This document shows, one piece after another, positions 41,352-50,806 of a stretch of DNA of 64,000 nt. Each line of letters begins with the position of its first letter. Position 1 is the first letter of the stretch. Position numbers and translations under genes: made by a program. The notes below the pieces were generated by a model. It was given only the letters and a program-made list of their open reading frames with translations, had not been told where the DNA came from and made no database searches. The stretch lies in IMG/VR virus record IMGVR_UViG_3300032268_000887, positions 38,687 to 102,686 of that record, one strand, 5' to 3'. The DNA is from a virus.

Positions 41352-43382
41352 TTAGTAAAATTTAATTTCACAGGCATCTGTACTGCAATAAGCCTCGCCT
41401 TGTGCTTCTAGATTTTTTACGCCATCATAAATTGCAGACCAATCAATTTTTCCAATTTTTCCAACATAAGAATTATACTCTTCTTTAGTTATTTGAGTAT
41501 AAGGTTGTTGAGGATATGTTTTATTTCCCATTGGTAAAAATGATACTGCTTTTAATTGCCCCTCGTACATGTGCAAGGCTGGAGCAATAAATTTAGACTC
41601 TGTGTCTTTGTCAAATGAAAGCGTTACAGAGACCCCATTGTCTGACCAATACTTTTGAGCGGTTGCAGCCAAACCAATCTTTTCAAAAAGACTTACATCC
41701 TTTTCAGAACGAGGATGTCCAGATGCTACTGGGAAATATACTACTGAAGTATTTGCTGATACTACGTCATCTTCAATTTTATACCCTGCTGCTTTAAATA
41801 AATGCATCATTGGGTCTGTATTTCCAAACCTTATAGCACGAAGATAAAATTCTCCTCCTGGACCCCAATGAACTCCTGGCGTAGCACCAGAAAGCAATGA
41901 AACAGAGCCTGAAGGCTTGACGGTAGTTACACGAATTGATTCTCTAACGCATAGCCATTCTGAATAACTATGATCATATGAGCGAATCTTTTGATACCCC
42001 TCATCCATCCATTGACGTACTGTTGGCATACCTTTAATGTCTGCAAAAGATGCAATACCAGTTAAAGATGTTCCAATGCGACGATTACGTTGCATAATTC
42101 CATTTGTAGTTTGCCAGTGTGTTGGCATAAGCGTTACAGTTTTGCCATATAGATATGCAAATTTTAATGTACGCAAGAAATCTTCTTTGTCTTCATGTCT
42201 ATTAAGATGAACTTCTACCAATGTACAAAGTTCATAAGATTCTAATGGTTGTTCAGCGCAAGGATTAAAGCCCATAACACGAGAATCTTTTTGATCTGCA
42301 GGATCTGCTAGACGTCCATAATTACGAGCAACATCTAGCCAAATAAATCCTGGCTCTCCGTTATTTGCAATTAAATCAACATAGTCTTCATATTTTGTTC
42401 CAACCTCTGCCGAAATAGAATTATTAGACATCCAGGCCCATCCTGGATTTTCTGAATCAAAAGAATTTCTATCTGGAAAAACCTCTGCATTTTTTAAATT
42501 AATAAAATCTTTATCTTCTGGTAGCCCTAAAGCCAATGTAGCAGAACGACGTACATTTCCAGAAACAACACATGTGCCAATAAGATTTACAATGTCTACT
42601 ATTGCACGAGAGTCAAGCGTTTCTCCTGCTCTACCGCCAATTACCGTATCTATCTTACTATGTAATGCAATAAGTGGTGCGGGACCGCTAGCAACCCCTC
42701 CAAAGCCTTTTATAGGGGATCCTAGAGGACGAATAAGGTCATAGTTAAATTTCTGTATAGCCTGATTAGGACGCAGGTATGAGTTTAAAAGCATTCTTAC
42801 AGAATCTACCCAGCCTTCACGAGTATCTGGAATATCCCACATGTTTTCTGGCTCTGTTGGAGAATAAATAGACATTTCTTTATCTTGTCCTAGGGTGTCA
42901 AATCCCACTCCTATACCCAACATTAATGCGTCCATAACCCAGGCAAACAATGCTCCTGGATCATTTCGATCAATATCACGAGTAGAAACCATTGCACAAT
43001 TTTGAAGGGATGCAGAGTTACGATTTTCCATAGTCATTGGAGTTCCAAAAGCCCAAAGACCACGACCAGGAGGTGTCCATTTTAATGTAAATAGACGGTC
43101 ATATGCTTCTTGAGCAGATTTTTGAGCCTTATAGTCATTCCATGGAAGTCTATTTTCCTTGGCATGATTTTTTTGTACTGAATACATTCCTTCAACTACA
43201 CGCTTGCAAACTTCATACCATCTTTCTTTAGTTCCATCTTCTTTCATTCTAGAATAAGTACGAATAAAAGTGATCTCTCCTAGAGAGTTAGTAGCAGCAT
43301 CCTTAAATCCAAAGGGAGGTTCTGTTTGTTTATAACTCTCTAGGAATTCTGGAGATAATTTAAAAGAAAAAAAGTCTGACAT
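41352..43382 (-). CDS. nrdJ: Class II (adenosylcobalamin-dependent) ribonucleotide reductase, RTPR type
   Basis: PPGRGLW, LQNC, GNVRRSA, NPCAEQ, ELCTL, TTVKPSGS, C-terminal CSTDAC. Confidence 0.95.
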   Translation of the reverse strand: MSDFFSFKLSPEFLESYKQTEPPFGFKDAATNSLGEITFIRTYSRMKEDGTKERWYEVCKRVVEGMYSVQKNHAKENRLPWNDYKAQKSAQEAYDRLFTLKWTPPGRGLWAFGTPMTMENRNSASLQNCAMVSTRDIDRNDPGALFAWVMDALMLGIGVGFDTLGQDKEMSIYSPTEPENMWDIPDTREGWVDSVRMLLNSYLRPNQAIQKFNYDLIRPLGSPIKGFGGVASGPAPLIALHSKIDTVIGGRAGETLDSRAIVDIVNLIGTCVVSGNVRRSATLALGLPEDKDFINLKNAEVFPDRNSFDSENPGWAWMSNNSISAEVGTKYEDYVDLIANNGEPGFIWLDVARNYGRLADPADQKDSRVMGFNPCAEQPLESYELCTLVEVHLNRHEDKEDFLRTLKFAYLYGKTVTLMPTHWQTTNGIMQRNRRIGTSLTGIASFADIKGMPTVRQWMDEGYQKIRSYDHSYSEWLCVRESIRVTTVKPSGSVSLLSGATPGVHWGPGGEFYLRAIRFGNTDPMMHLFKAAGYKIEDDVVSANTSVVYFPVASGHPRSEKDVSLFEKIGLAATAQKYWSDNGVSVTLSFDKDTESKFIAPALHMYEGQLKAVSFLPMGNKTYPQQPYTQITKEEYNSYVGKIGKIDWSAIYDGVKNLEAQGEAYCSTDACEIKFY

Positions 43383-43423
43383 AAGCGTAATCCTCCAGAT
43401 TTTGTTAAATAATTAATAACGTA

Positions 43424-43496
43424 AGTATAGCAGAGTTTTTTAAATTATAAAACTGTCTATCAACTAAAGGTATAGAGTTTTATAAAAAGTAAAACT
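43424..43496 (-). promoter_or_regulatory. nrdJ extended -10 plus two palindromic operator-like sites
   Basis: TGCTATACT at 43424-43432; AGTTTT-N9-AAAACT at 43434-43454 and 43476-43496. Confidence 0.55.
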
Positions 43497-43501
43497 ATAA
43501 A

Positions 43502-44197
43502 TTATAATAATGGGATCCATGGGATACCTGGATCATGTATTGCCTTACTTAGTGGAACAATATTAAAAGCAATGGTTATTCTTGGCTTGTCAAATGGCCA
43601 GGTATCTACTCCATGGTGGTAACCATTTAAAGAAAGAAGTATTTTTCCATTTTTGTTTTCATGTGCAAATAAAACATCGTGATCTAATTTATAAACTGTA
43701 GAGTTTGGCTCAGCATCAATTGCGTAATACCCATGAAACTCTGTTGGATCGCTACCGTGATCATCGTAAGCAATTTGTCCTGGTGTAACCACTTTAGGAC
43801 CTTTAGTATAATTAATCCAAGCAGACATGTAGTATTTTTCTTTTGCATAGTCAATTTCGTAATAATCGCAAGCCTCAATTACTAAATTTTTAACTAAAAG
43901 CATTACGTCATGCATTCTTGTATCCATAAAATTTAAAAAATTATAAGATTTTTGAAACGCTTGCATTTTTTCAGCATTATCTTTTTTGTACTCGATTGCG
44001 TCTCCAGTTATTTGATCTGTAGTAGACTTTAAATATTTCCAAGTTTCTTCTATAAAATTTCTTAACCCTGGATCATTTCTGTAAATTTCACCAGTAAAAA
44101 ACTTATGTGGCTTCCCAGTTTTTTCTAACATTGTTTGATTTGACATTTTATCTCCTTTTTTATTATTATTTTTGCTGTCTAGGTTAGTGGTATCCAC
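43502..44197 (-). CDS. Putative 2OG-Fe(II) oxygenase-like protein
   Basis: AWIN..YDDH..FHGYY..HHGV..PRITIAFN; paralog of the next two genes; start may be the internal MSNQ. Confidence 0.7.
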   Translation of the reverse strand: MDTTNLDSKNNNKKGDKMSNQTMLEKTGKPHKFFTGEIYRNDPGLRNFIEETWKYLKSTTDQITGDAIEYKKDNAEKMQAFQKSYNFLNFMDTRMHDVMLLVKNLVIEACDYYEIDYAKEKYYMSAWINYTKGPKVVTPGQIAYDDHGSDPTEFHGYYAIDAEPNSTVYKLDHDVLFAHENKNGKILLSLNGYHHGVDTWPFDKPRITIAFNIVPLSKAIHDPGIPWIPLL

Positions 44198-44856
44198 TTA
44201 TGTGGATCAAAATTTAACATGTTTTTTGCTGGAGATATGTCATAGGCAATAGTTATTCTTGGTTTATCTTCAAACCAATCATCTCTTCCATGTGGATGAC
44301 CAGTCTCTGACAGAATAGCCCTATTATTTTTGTTGATATTTTCAAAAATTTTGTCATCTTCTGCATCTATTTTATAAAATGTTGAAGAGGGTTCTGCATT
44401 AACACAGTAGTATCCATGAAACCAAGGAGCGCCCATGCCACCAGAATGATCATGAAAATGATGTGGATTTTTTAATGGATTTACGCCTCCATTATCTTTT
44501 TCTGATTTTATGGTTTTATAATCTAAATTAAACCAACCATGTATAAAATATTGCTCATTTTCAAAGTCTATGTCGTAATAATTGCACGCTTCTTTTGCCA
44601 ATTTGGAAAGTGATTTATACAGATTATGTATGGCTGGATGCGTAAATGTAAAAATATTATAATGATCTATTCCAAAAATTGTAACAGCGCCTGGATTATT
44701 TTTATGCTTTAAAAATAAATCATTGGGGATGCTGCAAATATTATCTTTTACAATTTTTTCGTTTAACTGTGTTAGATATTCAAAAAGACTATCTAAATTA
44801 TTATCAACATATGTATCAAAGAATTGATGTTTTTTTTTCATGCTAGAGGAATCCAA
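44179..44856 (-). CDS. Putative 2OG-Fe(II) oxygenase-like protein
   Basis: GWFN..FHDH..FHGYY..HPHG..PRITIAYD. Confidence 0.75.
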   Translation of the reverse strand: MDSSSMKKKHQFFDTYVDNNLDSLFEYLTQLNEKIVKDNICSIPNDLFLKHKNNPGAVTIFGIDHYNIFTFTHPAIHNLYKSLSKLAKEACNYYDIDFENEQYFIHGWFNLDYKTIKSEKDNGGVNPLKNPHHFHDHSGGMGAPWFHGYYCVNAEPSSTFYKIDAEDDKIFENINKNNRAILSETGHPHGRDDWFEDKPRITIAYDISPAKNMLNFDPHKWIPLT

Positions 44857-45485
44857 TGTTGCTCCCAGTCATACATAACCCCTTTAAAAGGAATAACATC
44901 ATACGCAATGGTTATTCTTGGACCAGCCCAATCCCAATCAGCCATAGCATGAGGATGTCCAGTTTCAGAAAGAATAGCCCTATTGTTTTTATTTATATTT
45001 TCAAAATCTTTATCAAATACTTTATAATGAGTTGTTGATGGTTCTGCCTTTACAGAATAATACCCGTGAAACCATGGAGCGCCCGAGCCACCATGCTCGT
45101 GCCAATCAAGTTTTCCAGTATGGCTATAATTAACATTAAACCAGCCTTGTACCCAAAAATCTTCTTTTTCAAAATCAAGATTATAATGTTTGCAAGCCTC
45201 AACAGTCATGTCCCTTACTGATCTAAATAATTTATGAATTGCTGGGTGATAAAATTGAAAAACATTATATTTATTCCACTTGCTTGTAGTTATACTTCCG
45301 GAAGAATCCCAAATAGTTTTTTCGCCTTTGTCATCTTTTAATATTTCGCCATTTTTAATACGTTCAGACTGTGCAATTAAAAAATTTGATAAATTGTCTA
45401 AGTCAGAGTCTAAAGTCCTTTCAAAAAATTTATGAGGGACGTCTTTATTTTGACTAGTACTTTTTAAAGGAACATTTTCGTACAT
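44838..45485 (-). CDS. Putative 2OG-Fe(II) oxygenase-like protein
   Basis: GWFN..WHEH..FHGYY..HPHA..PRITIAYD; TGCTATACT and GGAG upstream. Confidence 0.75.
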   Translation of the reverse strand: MYENVPLKSTSQNKDVPHKFFERTLDSDLDNLSNFLIAQSERIKNGEILKDDKGEKTIWDSSGSITTSKWNKYNVFQFYHPAIHKLFRSVRDMTVEACKHYNLDFEKEDFWVQGWFNVNYSHTGKLDWHEHGGSGAPWFHGYYSVKAEPSTTHYKVFDKDFENINKNNRAILSETGHPHAMADWDWAGPRITIAYDVIPFKGVMYDWEQHWIPLA

Positions 45486-45533
45486 TTAATCTCCATTTCT
45501 TTATATAGTATAGCATAAAGAAAATAAGATTTT

Positions 45534-46766
45534 TTACTTATTGTGTACTAAATAGTCTCCAGCAACAAACCAGTCCTGTGGCTCACAGTTAAACTGATAA
45601 ACGGTATGATTTTCATGAATTGTGTCGATAGTAACTATTGGGCATTCAAGTAAAGACCCATCTTCATTTACCTTAATCAATATATCTTCAGTAACAATTG
45701 ATGTTGTAGGAATAATCATGTAAGATCCTTCTCTTTTTATAAACATTGGCTGTGTAGCAGAATATTTCTTTTCTATTTCTCCATTAAAATAAATTACTTG
45801 TCCTTTAACACTTGGAACAATATTAACTACTTCAACTTCAACTAGTCCTTCTGAGGTTAAAGATGAAGATGTAAATCCAGAGTAGTCAAAATCTCCAGAA
45901 CTTTCAAGTGTTGGTATTTCAGAAATACCTAATGAAACTATTGTATCTCCAACATTAACGTCTTTAGCAGGAACTAAACCATTTGGTGTTCTAATTAATG
46001 TGTCCGCTTCAATACATGCACCACCACCCTGTGAAAATCCATATGGAGTGAAACCAAATGGCGTAAAACCAAACGGTGTAAAACCAAATGCTCCGAATGG
46101 TGTAAAGCCAAATGCTCCGAATGGTGTGAATCCAAAAGCACCGAACGGTGCGAATGAGAATGGTGTAAATGAGAATGATGTTACTGATCCTGAATTAGAA
46201 GATGTACCTGAATTACCATTAGCGTTAGTTGCATAAACGTTGTATGTTTGTGCTGTTCCCGCTTCTTGCGCTACAGTAACAGATGTTCCTCCCTGTGTTC
46301 CTCCCTTGCCATCGCTAGATGCCCAGGTGTAAGAAGTAATAGCACTTCCACCAGTTGCTGGTGCTGACCAGGAAACGTCATCATTTGCTGCTGCACCTTG
46401 TGCAGTTGCGCTAGGTGCTGATGGAGTTGCAGGAACTGTTGTTGCAGTTACTGGGCTGCTTGCTGAACTTGCTGCCGATGTTCCATAAGCATTAGTTGCA
46501 GTTACTGTAAATGTATAAGCAGTATCACTTGATAAACCTGTAACCCGAATTGGAGAACTCGAGCCAGAAGCGGTGTAATTTCCTGGGGTTGATAAAACTG
46601 TATAAGAGGTTGCAGCATTTCTTGGGTCTGCAGTGAAGGAAACATCTACAGCACCATCATCATATGGACGAGCAGTTCCAACATTGGATGCAGAATTAAT
46701 TGTTGGTGCATATGGCATTAAAAAGTCATTAGCACCTTGCGATTTACGACCACTTCTTTTACTCAT
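45534..46766 (-). CDS. FN3-FN3 + Phe/Gly/Thr/Pro repeat + C-terminal Hint domain protein
   Basis: FN3 (VTGLSSDTAYTFTVTATNAYG; SWSAPATGGSAITSY); repeat; Hint from CIEADTLI (C1 at 46014-46016) to GDYLVHNK*. Confidence 0.85.
   Translation of the reverse strand: MSKRSGRKSQGANDFLMPYAPTINSASNVGTARPYDDGAVDVSFTADPRNAATSYTVLSTPGNYTASGSSSPIRVTGLSSDTAYTFTVTATNAYGTSAASSASSPVTATTVPATPSAPSATAQGAAANDDVSWSAPATGGSAITSYTWASSDGKGGTQGGTSVTVAQEAGTAQTYNVYATNANGNSGTSSNSGSVTSFSFTPFSFAPFGAFGFTPFGAFGFTPFGAFGFTPFGFTPFGFTPYGFSQGGGACIEADTLIRTPNGLVPAKDVNVGDTIVSLGISEIPTLESSGDFDYSGFTSSSLTSEGLVEVEVVNIVPSVKGQVIYFNGEIEKKYSATQPMFIKREGSYMIIPTTSIVTEDILIKVNEDGSLLECPIVTIDTIHENHTVYQFNCEPQDWFVAGDYLVHNK
46035..46175 (-). repeat. Coding repeat FSFTP-FSFAP-(FGAFGFTP)3-(FGFTP)2-YGF
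   Basis: Read from translation; imperfect 24-nt and 15-nt DNA units. Confidence 0.95.
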
Positions 46767-46810
46767 AAACTCTTCTCCCCTTATTTATTAATTTTTTTAC
46801 TGTCTAACAA

Positions 46811-48313
46811 TTACGCTGTAAGATCTCCAAAGGCTACCCAAACGTTTGTATCACGCTTAAATAGTGTTGCAGATGACCACCGTGTACGAAGTTTTAGTCC
46901 AGGAGTAGCATTTACTGTTACTCCGCCTGCGCCAGCAAGAGTAACCTGTCCGACATTTGTTTGAAGAATATCTATGGTTGTTCCTATTGGATATGGGACT
47001 GAAGCGTGTGTTGGAATTGTGATTGTTTTTCCATCTGCATGACTTACCTCAATTAATGAATCTCTTTCGCTAAGAAGTGAAAGTTCATAATTATCTGTTT
47101 TTGGGATAATGTTTGTCCGTGAAGGAACGCCTTCTTTAGTCTGAGTTCCGTCTGTATAAGCAATACCATTTGCTGCAACAGTTACAAGACCTGTAAATGT
47201 AGGGGAAGCAAGTGGTGCCTTTAATGCAATTGAGTTTGCAGTTGTTGCTGCAAAGTTTGCGTCATCACCAAGTGCTGCTGCAAGTTCATCAAGAGTATTT
47301 AGAAGTCCTGGTGCAGACTCAGTTAATATAGCAATTTCTTGCTGCACAAACGCTGTAGTAGCAATCTGTGTTGTATTAGTTGCTGTATTTGCTGTTGGTG
47401 CAGTTGGAGTACCAGTAAGTGCTGGTGAAGCCAATGGTGCCTTAAGGTCAACAGAGGCCTGACTTGCTAATAGGCCAAGATCTGTTGTAAGGTTTGCGAT
47501 ATGAGATTGAGCAATGTTGTTTGCTAATTTAGCATCTGTTACTGCTCCATTTGCAATTTTTGCTGTTTCTACAGAGTCGCTAGCAAGTTTTGCTGCTGTA
47601 ACTGCTGCATTTGCAATCTTTCCTGTCTCTACTGCATCAGAAGCAATCTTTGCTGCTGTTACTGATGCTGATGAAGGAGTTCTTTCATCTGAAAGACGTG
47701 AATCGTTTGTGTAAACAAGGTTTAAGGTATTTGAGATACCATGAACGCTTGTGTTTGCTGATGAGTGACTTGATAGCGAGTTAGAAACTGCAGTAAGGTC
47801 TTCATCATAGACTAGGTTAAAGACGTTTGAAATACCATGAACGCTTGTATTTGCTGCAATGTGATCGTTTACGTCACCGCTAAGTTCTGACAAGGTGTTG
47901 GCATTAGTAGTTACAGTGTTTGACAGAGTAGAAAGATTATTAGCCAAAGCATCATTAGTAACACCTTGCGCTGTTAAAGTATTTTGTATGCTTGCAAAAT
48001 TATTGCTAATTGAATTTGCAAAAGATGGGTCATCGCCAATTGCTGCAGCAAGTTCATTAAAAGTATTTAAAGTGTTTGGTGCTGCGTCAATAATTGCGTC
48101 AATTGCAGAAGATACAGCGGCTGTTACTTCTGCTGAATCCATGACGGTTGATGCGTCTACGAAATATGTTAGGCTTGTGTATGCAGTGCTTCCGTTACCT
48201 ACTTTAAACTTATTGGTATCTGTTTCAAAACCAATTTCTCCTGCGCCCAGTACTGGATTTGCTGCAGTCCATTGTGCTGCTGTACCTCTGCGCTGTTGCA
48301 TTCTAGTTGCCAT
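46811..48313 (-). CDS. Fibre protein with Mtd-N-like N-terminus
   Basis: MQQRRGTAAQW..NPVLGAGEIGFETDT..FKVGNG; two AP..LNT..ELAAA.GDD.NF repeats; LASPALTGTPTAPT; C-terminal TPGLKLRTRWSSATL domain. Confidence 0.8.
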   Translation of the reverse strand: MATRMQQRRGTAAQWTAANPVLGAGEIGFETDTNKFKVGNGSTAYTSLTYFVDASTVMDSAEVTAAVSSAIDAIIDAAPNTLNTFNELAAAIGDDPSFANSISNNFASIQNTLTAQGVTNDALANNLSTLSNTVTTNANTLSELSGDVNDHIAANTSVHGISNVFNLVYDEDLTAVSNSLSSHSSANTSVHGISNTLNLVYTNDSRLSDERTPSSASVTAAKIASDAVETGKIANAAVTAAKLASDSVETAKIANGAVTDAKLANNIAQSHIANLTTDLGLLASQASVDLKAPLASPALTGTPTAPTANTATNTTQIATTAFVQQEIAILTESAPGLLNTLDELAAALGDDANFAATTANSIALKAPLASPTFTGLVTVAANGIAYTDGTQTKEGVPSRTNIIPKTDNYELSLLSERDSLIEVSHADGKTITIPTHASVPYPIGTTIDILQTNVGQVTLAGAGGVTVNATPGLKLRTRWSSATLFKRDTNVWVAFGDLTA

Positions 48314-48360
48314 TTTTCATTTCCTCCTGGGGGTTATGGGTATAATTATAACAGATTATT

Positions 48361-48816
48361 TTAGTTAAAATTATCTATTGCTGTTCCGCCATCATACGTT
48401 AATGTCCAAGATGATGTTGATGGTGACCCTGCATCTTGTGGTGTTCCTTGTGGTGCATTATAGAATCCACTACTTATAAATTGACTGACTATAAAGCCAG
48501 TTCCATCTATTGCTGTATCGTGAATGTGATCTGTTAGTGTTTGTGTGTCATCAATTGATGCAATTGTAATCCAAGAACCATTGTAATAAACGTTGGCTCG
48601 AGATGTTAACGTATCAAACCATAGTTGTCCATTTGTTGGAGAAACGGGGGCAGTTGATGATGCTGGCATTGAGCCAACTGCTGAATCAACATATGCTTTA
48701 GTGGCTGCATGGGTGCTTTCAGTTGGAGTTCCAACTACTACAGCATTTCCAAAACTACCGCCAGCAGTAACAATAAGGCCATTTTTGATCTTAAAGTCTT
48801 TTTCTACTGTTGCCAT
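48361..48816 (-). CDS. Short fibre/decoration protein
   Basis: MATVEKDFKIKNGL N-terminus shared with 48846 gene; HAATKAYVD; PTNGQLWFD. Confidence 0.65.
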   Translation of the reverse strand: MATVEKDFKIKNGLIVTAGGSFGNAVVVGTPTESTHAATKAYVDSAVGSMPASSTAPVSPTNGQLWFDTLTSRANVYYNGSWITIASIDDTQTLTDHIHDTAIDGTGFIVSQFISSGFYNAPQGTPQDAGSPSTSSWTLTYDGGTAIDNFN

Positions 48817-48845
48817 TTATCTCCCCCGTTTTTAGTTATTTTTTA

Positions 48846-50321
48846 TTACGCTACTAGTGTTCCGACAACTGTTACTGTTGAACTGTTATTAGCAGTTGTT
48901 ACATTGAGTCGGACATCTGCTCCTGAAATACTTGCTGAAATTGTTGATGCTGAACCATTGGTTCCAACAATTGCGTATTCAGTGATTGCAATGTTATCTG
49001 AAGTATCAAGTGTCAAAAGAACCTTTGAGATTTCAGTGTGTGCTCCATAAGCAACCTTTACAAGGTATTCTGCTGAACGGTATGTAGCCTTTGCAAAAGA
49101 ATGTGCTACTTGAATTCCTGCTGTTGGTGCTGATAGTTGTGCTGCAACCTGCTTAGCAACTGTGTTTAACTCAACTGCTGTAAATTTTGGAACAACTGCT
49201 TCAAGAGCAGATACTGCACGAGCATTTGAGAAGTAAAGATTTGAAGTTCCTTCTGACAAATCATCAGTATCAGAATCTCCTACACCGTTTTCAGCAGTGA
49301 TAGTAAGTCCTGAACCTGAGCCTGTTATTGTGATGTTTGAAAGTGTTGCGTTAGTTAAAAGATCTGCTGCTGCAGACTTTGAACGAGCATTTGAGAAGTA
49401 AAGGTTAGAAGCACCTTCTTCAATATCGTCTGTGTCAAGTGCTGCGATTGCATTTGCTGCGGTTCCTGCTGCGTCATATGATGCTGCAGTTGCTGCTTGT
49501 GCACGAGCATTTGAGAAGTAAAGATTAGAAGCACCTTCTGAAACATCATCTGTGTCAAGGCTAGTTACAGAAATTGTATTTCCTGTAATATCAATGTTTG
49601 ACCCTGCAGTTAAAATGTTTTGCTTTAATGCAACTGAGTTAGCAAGTGTTACAGCAAAGTTTGCGTCATCACCAATTGCGTTTGCTAATTCATTAAGAGT
49701 ATTAAGCAAATCTGGTGCTGAATCAACAATTGCTGCTACAGCGTTGGCTGCTGCTTCATCTGCATAATCTTGTGCATCTGATAATGCATTTGCTGCTGCG
49801 CCTGCAAGATCGTATGATCCAGCAAGTGCTGCTTGGGCACGTGCATTTGAGAAGTAAAGGTTTGTTGTACCTTCTGTTAGGTCGTCAGTATCAGAATCTG
49901 CTACACCGTTTTCTGCAGAGATAGTAAGTCCTGAACCTGATCCTGTAATTGTAATGTTTGTTAGAGTTGCACCAGTTAAAAGATCTGCTGTTGCAGACTT
50001 TGAACGTGCATTTGTAAAGTAAAGGTTTGAAGTGCCTTCTGATAAATCATCAGCATCAAAGTTTGAAATGTCTGATACTTGACCAGTTACATCTCCAACA
50101 AGATCTGCTGTTATTACATTTGCAGCAAAGTTTTTGTTGCCATCACGAAGTACAATAGAGTTTGCTACTGATGCTGAGTTTGCTACTCCGCCAACAAGTC
50201 CCTGTATGTAAGTTGTGTCTCCTGCTGATTTTGTAAGAACGTCATTTCCGTTAACGGTTGCTGTAGCACCTTCAACGATTAGACCATATTTAACTTTAAA
50301 ATCTTTTGTTACTGTTGCCAT
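48846..50321 (-). CDS. Fibre protein with internal repeats
   Basis: Five DDxxEGxxNLYFxNAR repeats plus one APDLLNTLNELA repeat; C-terminal domain shared with 50337 gene. Confidence 0.8.
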   Translation of the reverse strand: MATVTKDFKVKYGLIVEGATATVNGNDVLTKSAGDTTYIQGLVGGVANSASVANSIVLRDGNKNFAANVITADLVGDVTGQVSDISNFDADDLSEGTSNLYFTNARSKSATADLLTGATLTNITITGSGSGLTISAENGVADSDTDDLTEGTTNLYFSNARAQAALAGSYDLAGAAANALSDAQDYADEAAANAVAAIVDSAPDLLNTLNELANAIGDDANFAVTLANSVALKQNILTAGSNIDITGNTISVTSLDTDDVSEGASNLYFSNARAQAATAASYDAAGTAANAIAALDTDDIEEGASNLYFSNARSKSAAADLLTNATLSNITITGSGSGLTITAENGVGDSDTDDLSEGTSNLYFSNARAVSALEAVVPKFTAVELNTVAKQVAAQLSAPTAGIQVAHSFAKATYRSAEYLVKVAYGAHTEISKVLLTLDTSDNIAITEYAIVGTNGSASTISASISGADVRLNVTTANNSSTVTVVGTLVA

Positions 50322-50336
50322 TTTGTATCTCCTAGG

Positions 50337-50783
50337 TTATGCCTTAAGTCCCATACGTGCGTAACGTACGGTGATCGGGCGGATTGATATGTCGGGATCT
50401 ACTGTTAAATAAACAGTGTTTCCACTTCTAGAGACGCTTATGGTGCCAATATTCCCATCATTGTCTATCGTGCCGTACTCGCTTACGGAAATGTCGCTTC
50501 CATCTACAAGTATTGTCATCTCTGTGGCATAAAATTTATTATCGCCAGCAGAAGTCTTTGAAATTGCTATCAGATATTTAACCATTCGCCATTCAGTTGC
50601 ACTGAAACTGTCTATTGTGGTTAAATTTTCAATACCAGTAATAGTATTGTCATTGTTACCCGCAGACCCTAAACTTGTTGCTTGGGATGCAGTAGTATCA
50701 ATAAGATTTATGTAATCGGCCTGTGTAGGGCGGTCACCTGTTTGAAACAAATTCTTTACATTTGGGATTGATATGATTGCCAT
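50337..50783 (-). CDS. Virion decoration/fibre-associated protein
   Basis: FQTGDRPTQADY N-terminus; C-domain paralogous to 48846 C-terminus; leaderless -10 at 50790-50795. Confidence 0.6.
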   Translation of the reverse strand: MAIISIPNVKNLFQTGDRPTQADYINLIDTTASQATSLGSAGNNDNTITGIENLTTIDSFSATEWRMVKYLIAISKTSAGDNKFYATEMTILVDGSDISVSEYGTIDNDGNIGTISVSRSGNTVYLTVDPDISIRPITVRYARMGLKA

Positions 50784-50806
50784 GGCATTATTATAACATT
50801 ATTTTA

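Noticed and set aside
43383-43501. Cobalamin riboswitch or NrdR box upstream of nrdJ
   Set aside because: The gap is short and AT-rich, with no B12-box or NrdR consensus recognisable by eye
46811-48313. Diversity-generating retroelement suggested by the Mtd-N-like fibre and duplicated C-terminal domain
   Set aside because: No reverse transcriptase in the window; the second copy (56696) is a coding paralog diverged at all base types, not an adenine-specific template repeat
48846-50321. DDxxEGxxNLYF repeats as a novel element
   Set aside because: Repeats of this kind are familiar in phage fibre shafts; recorded as a feature only
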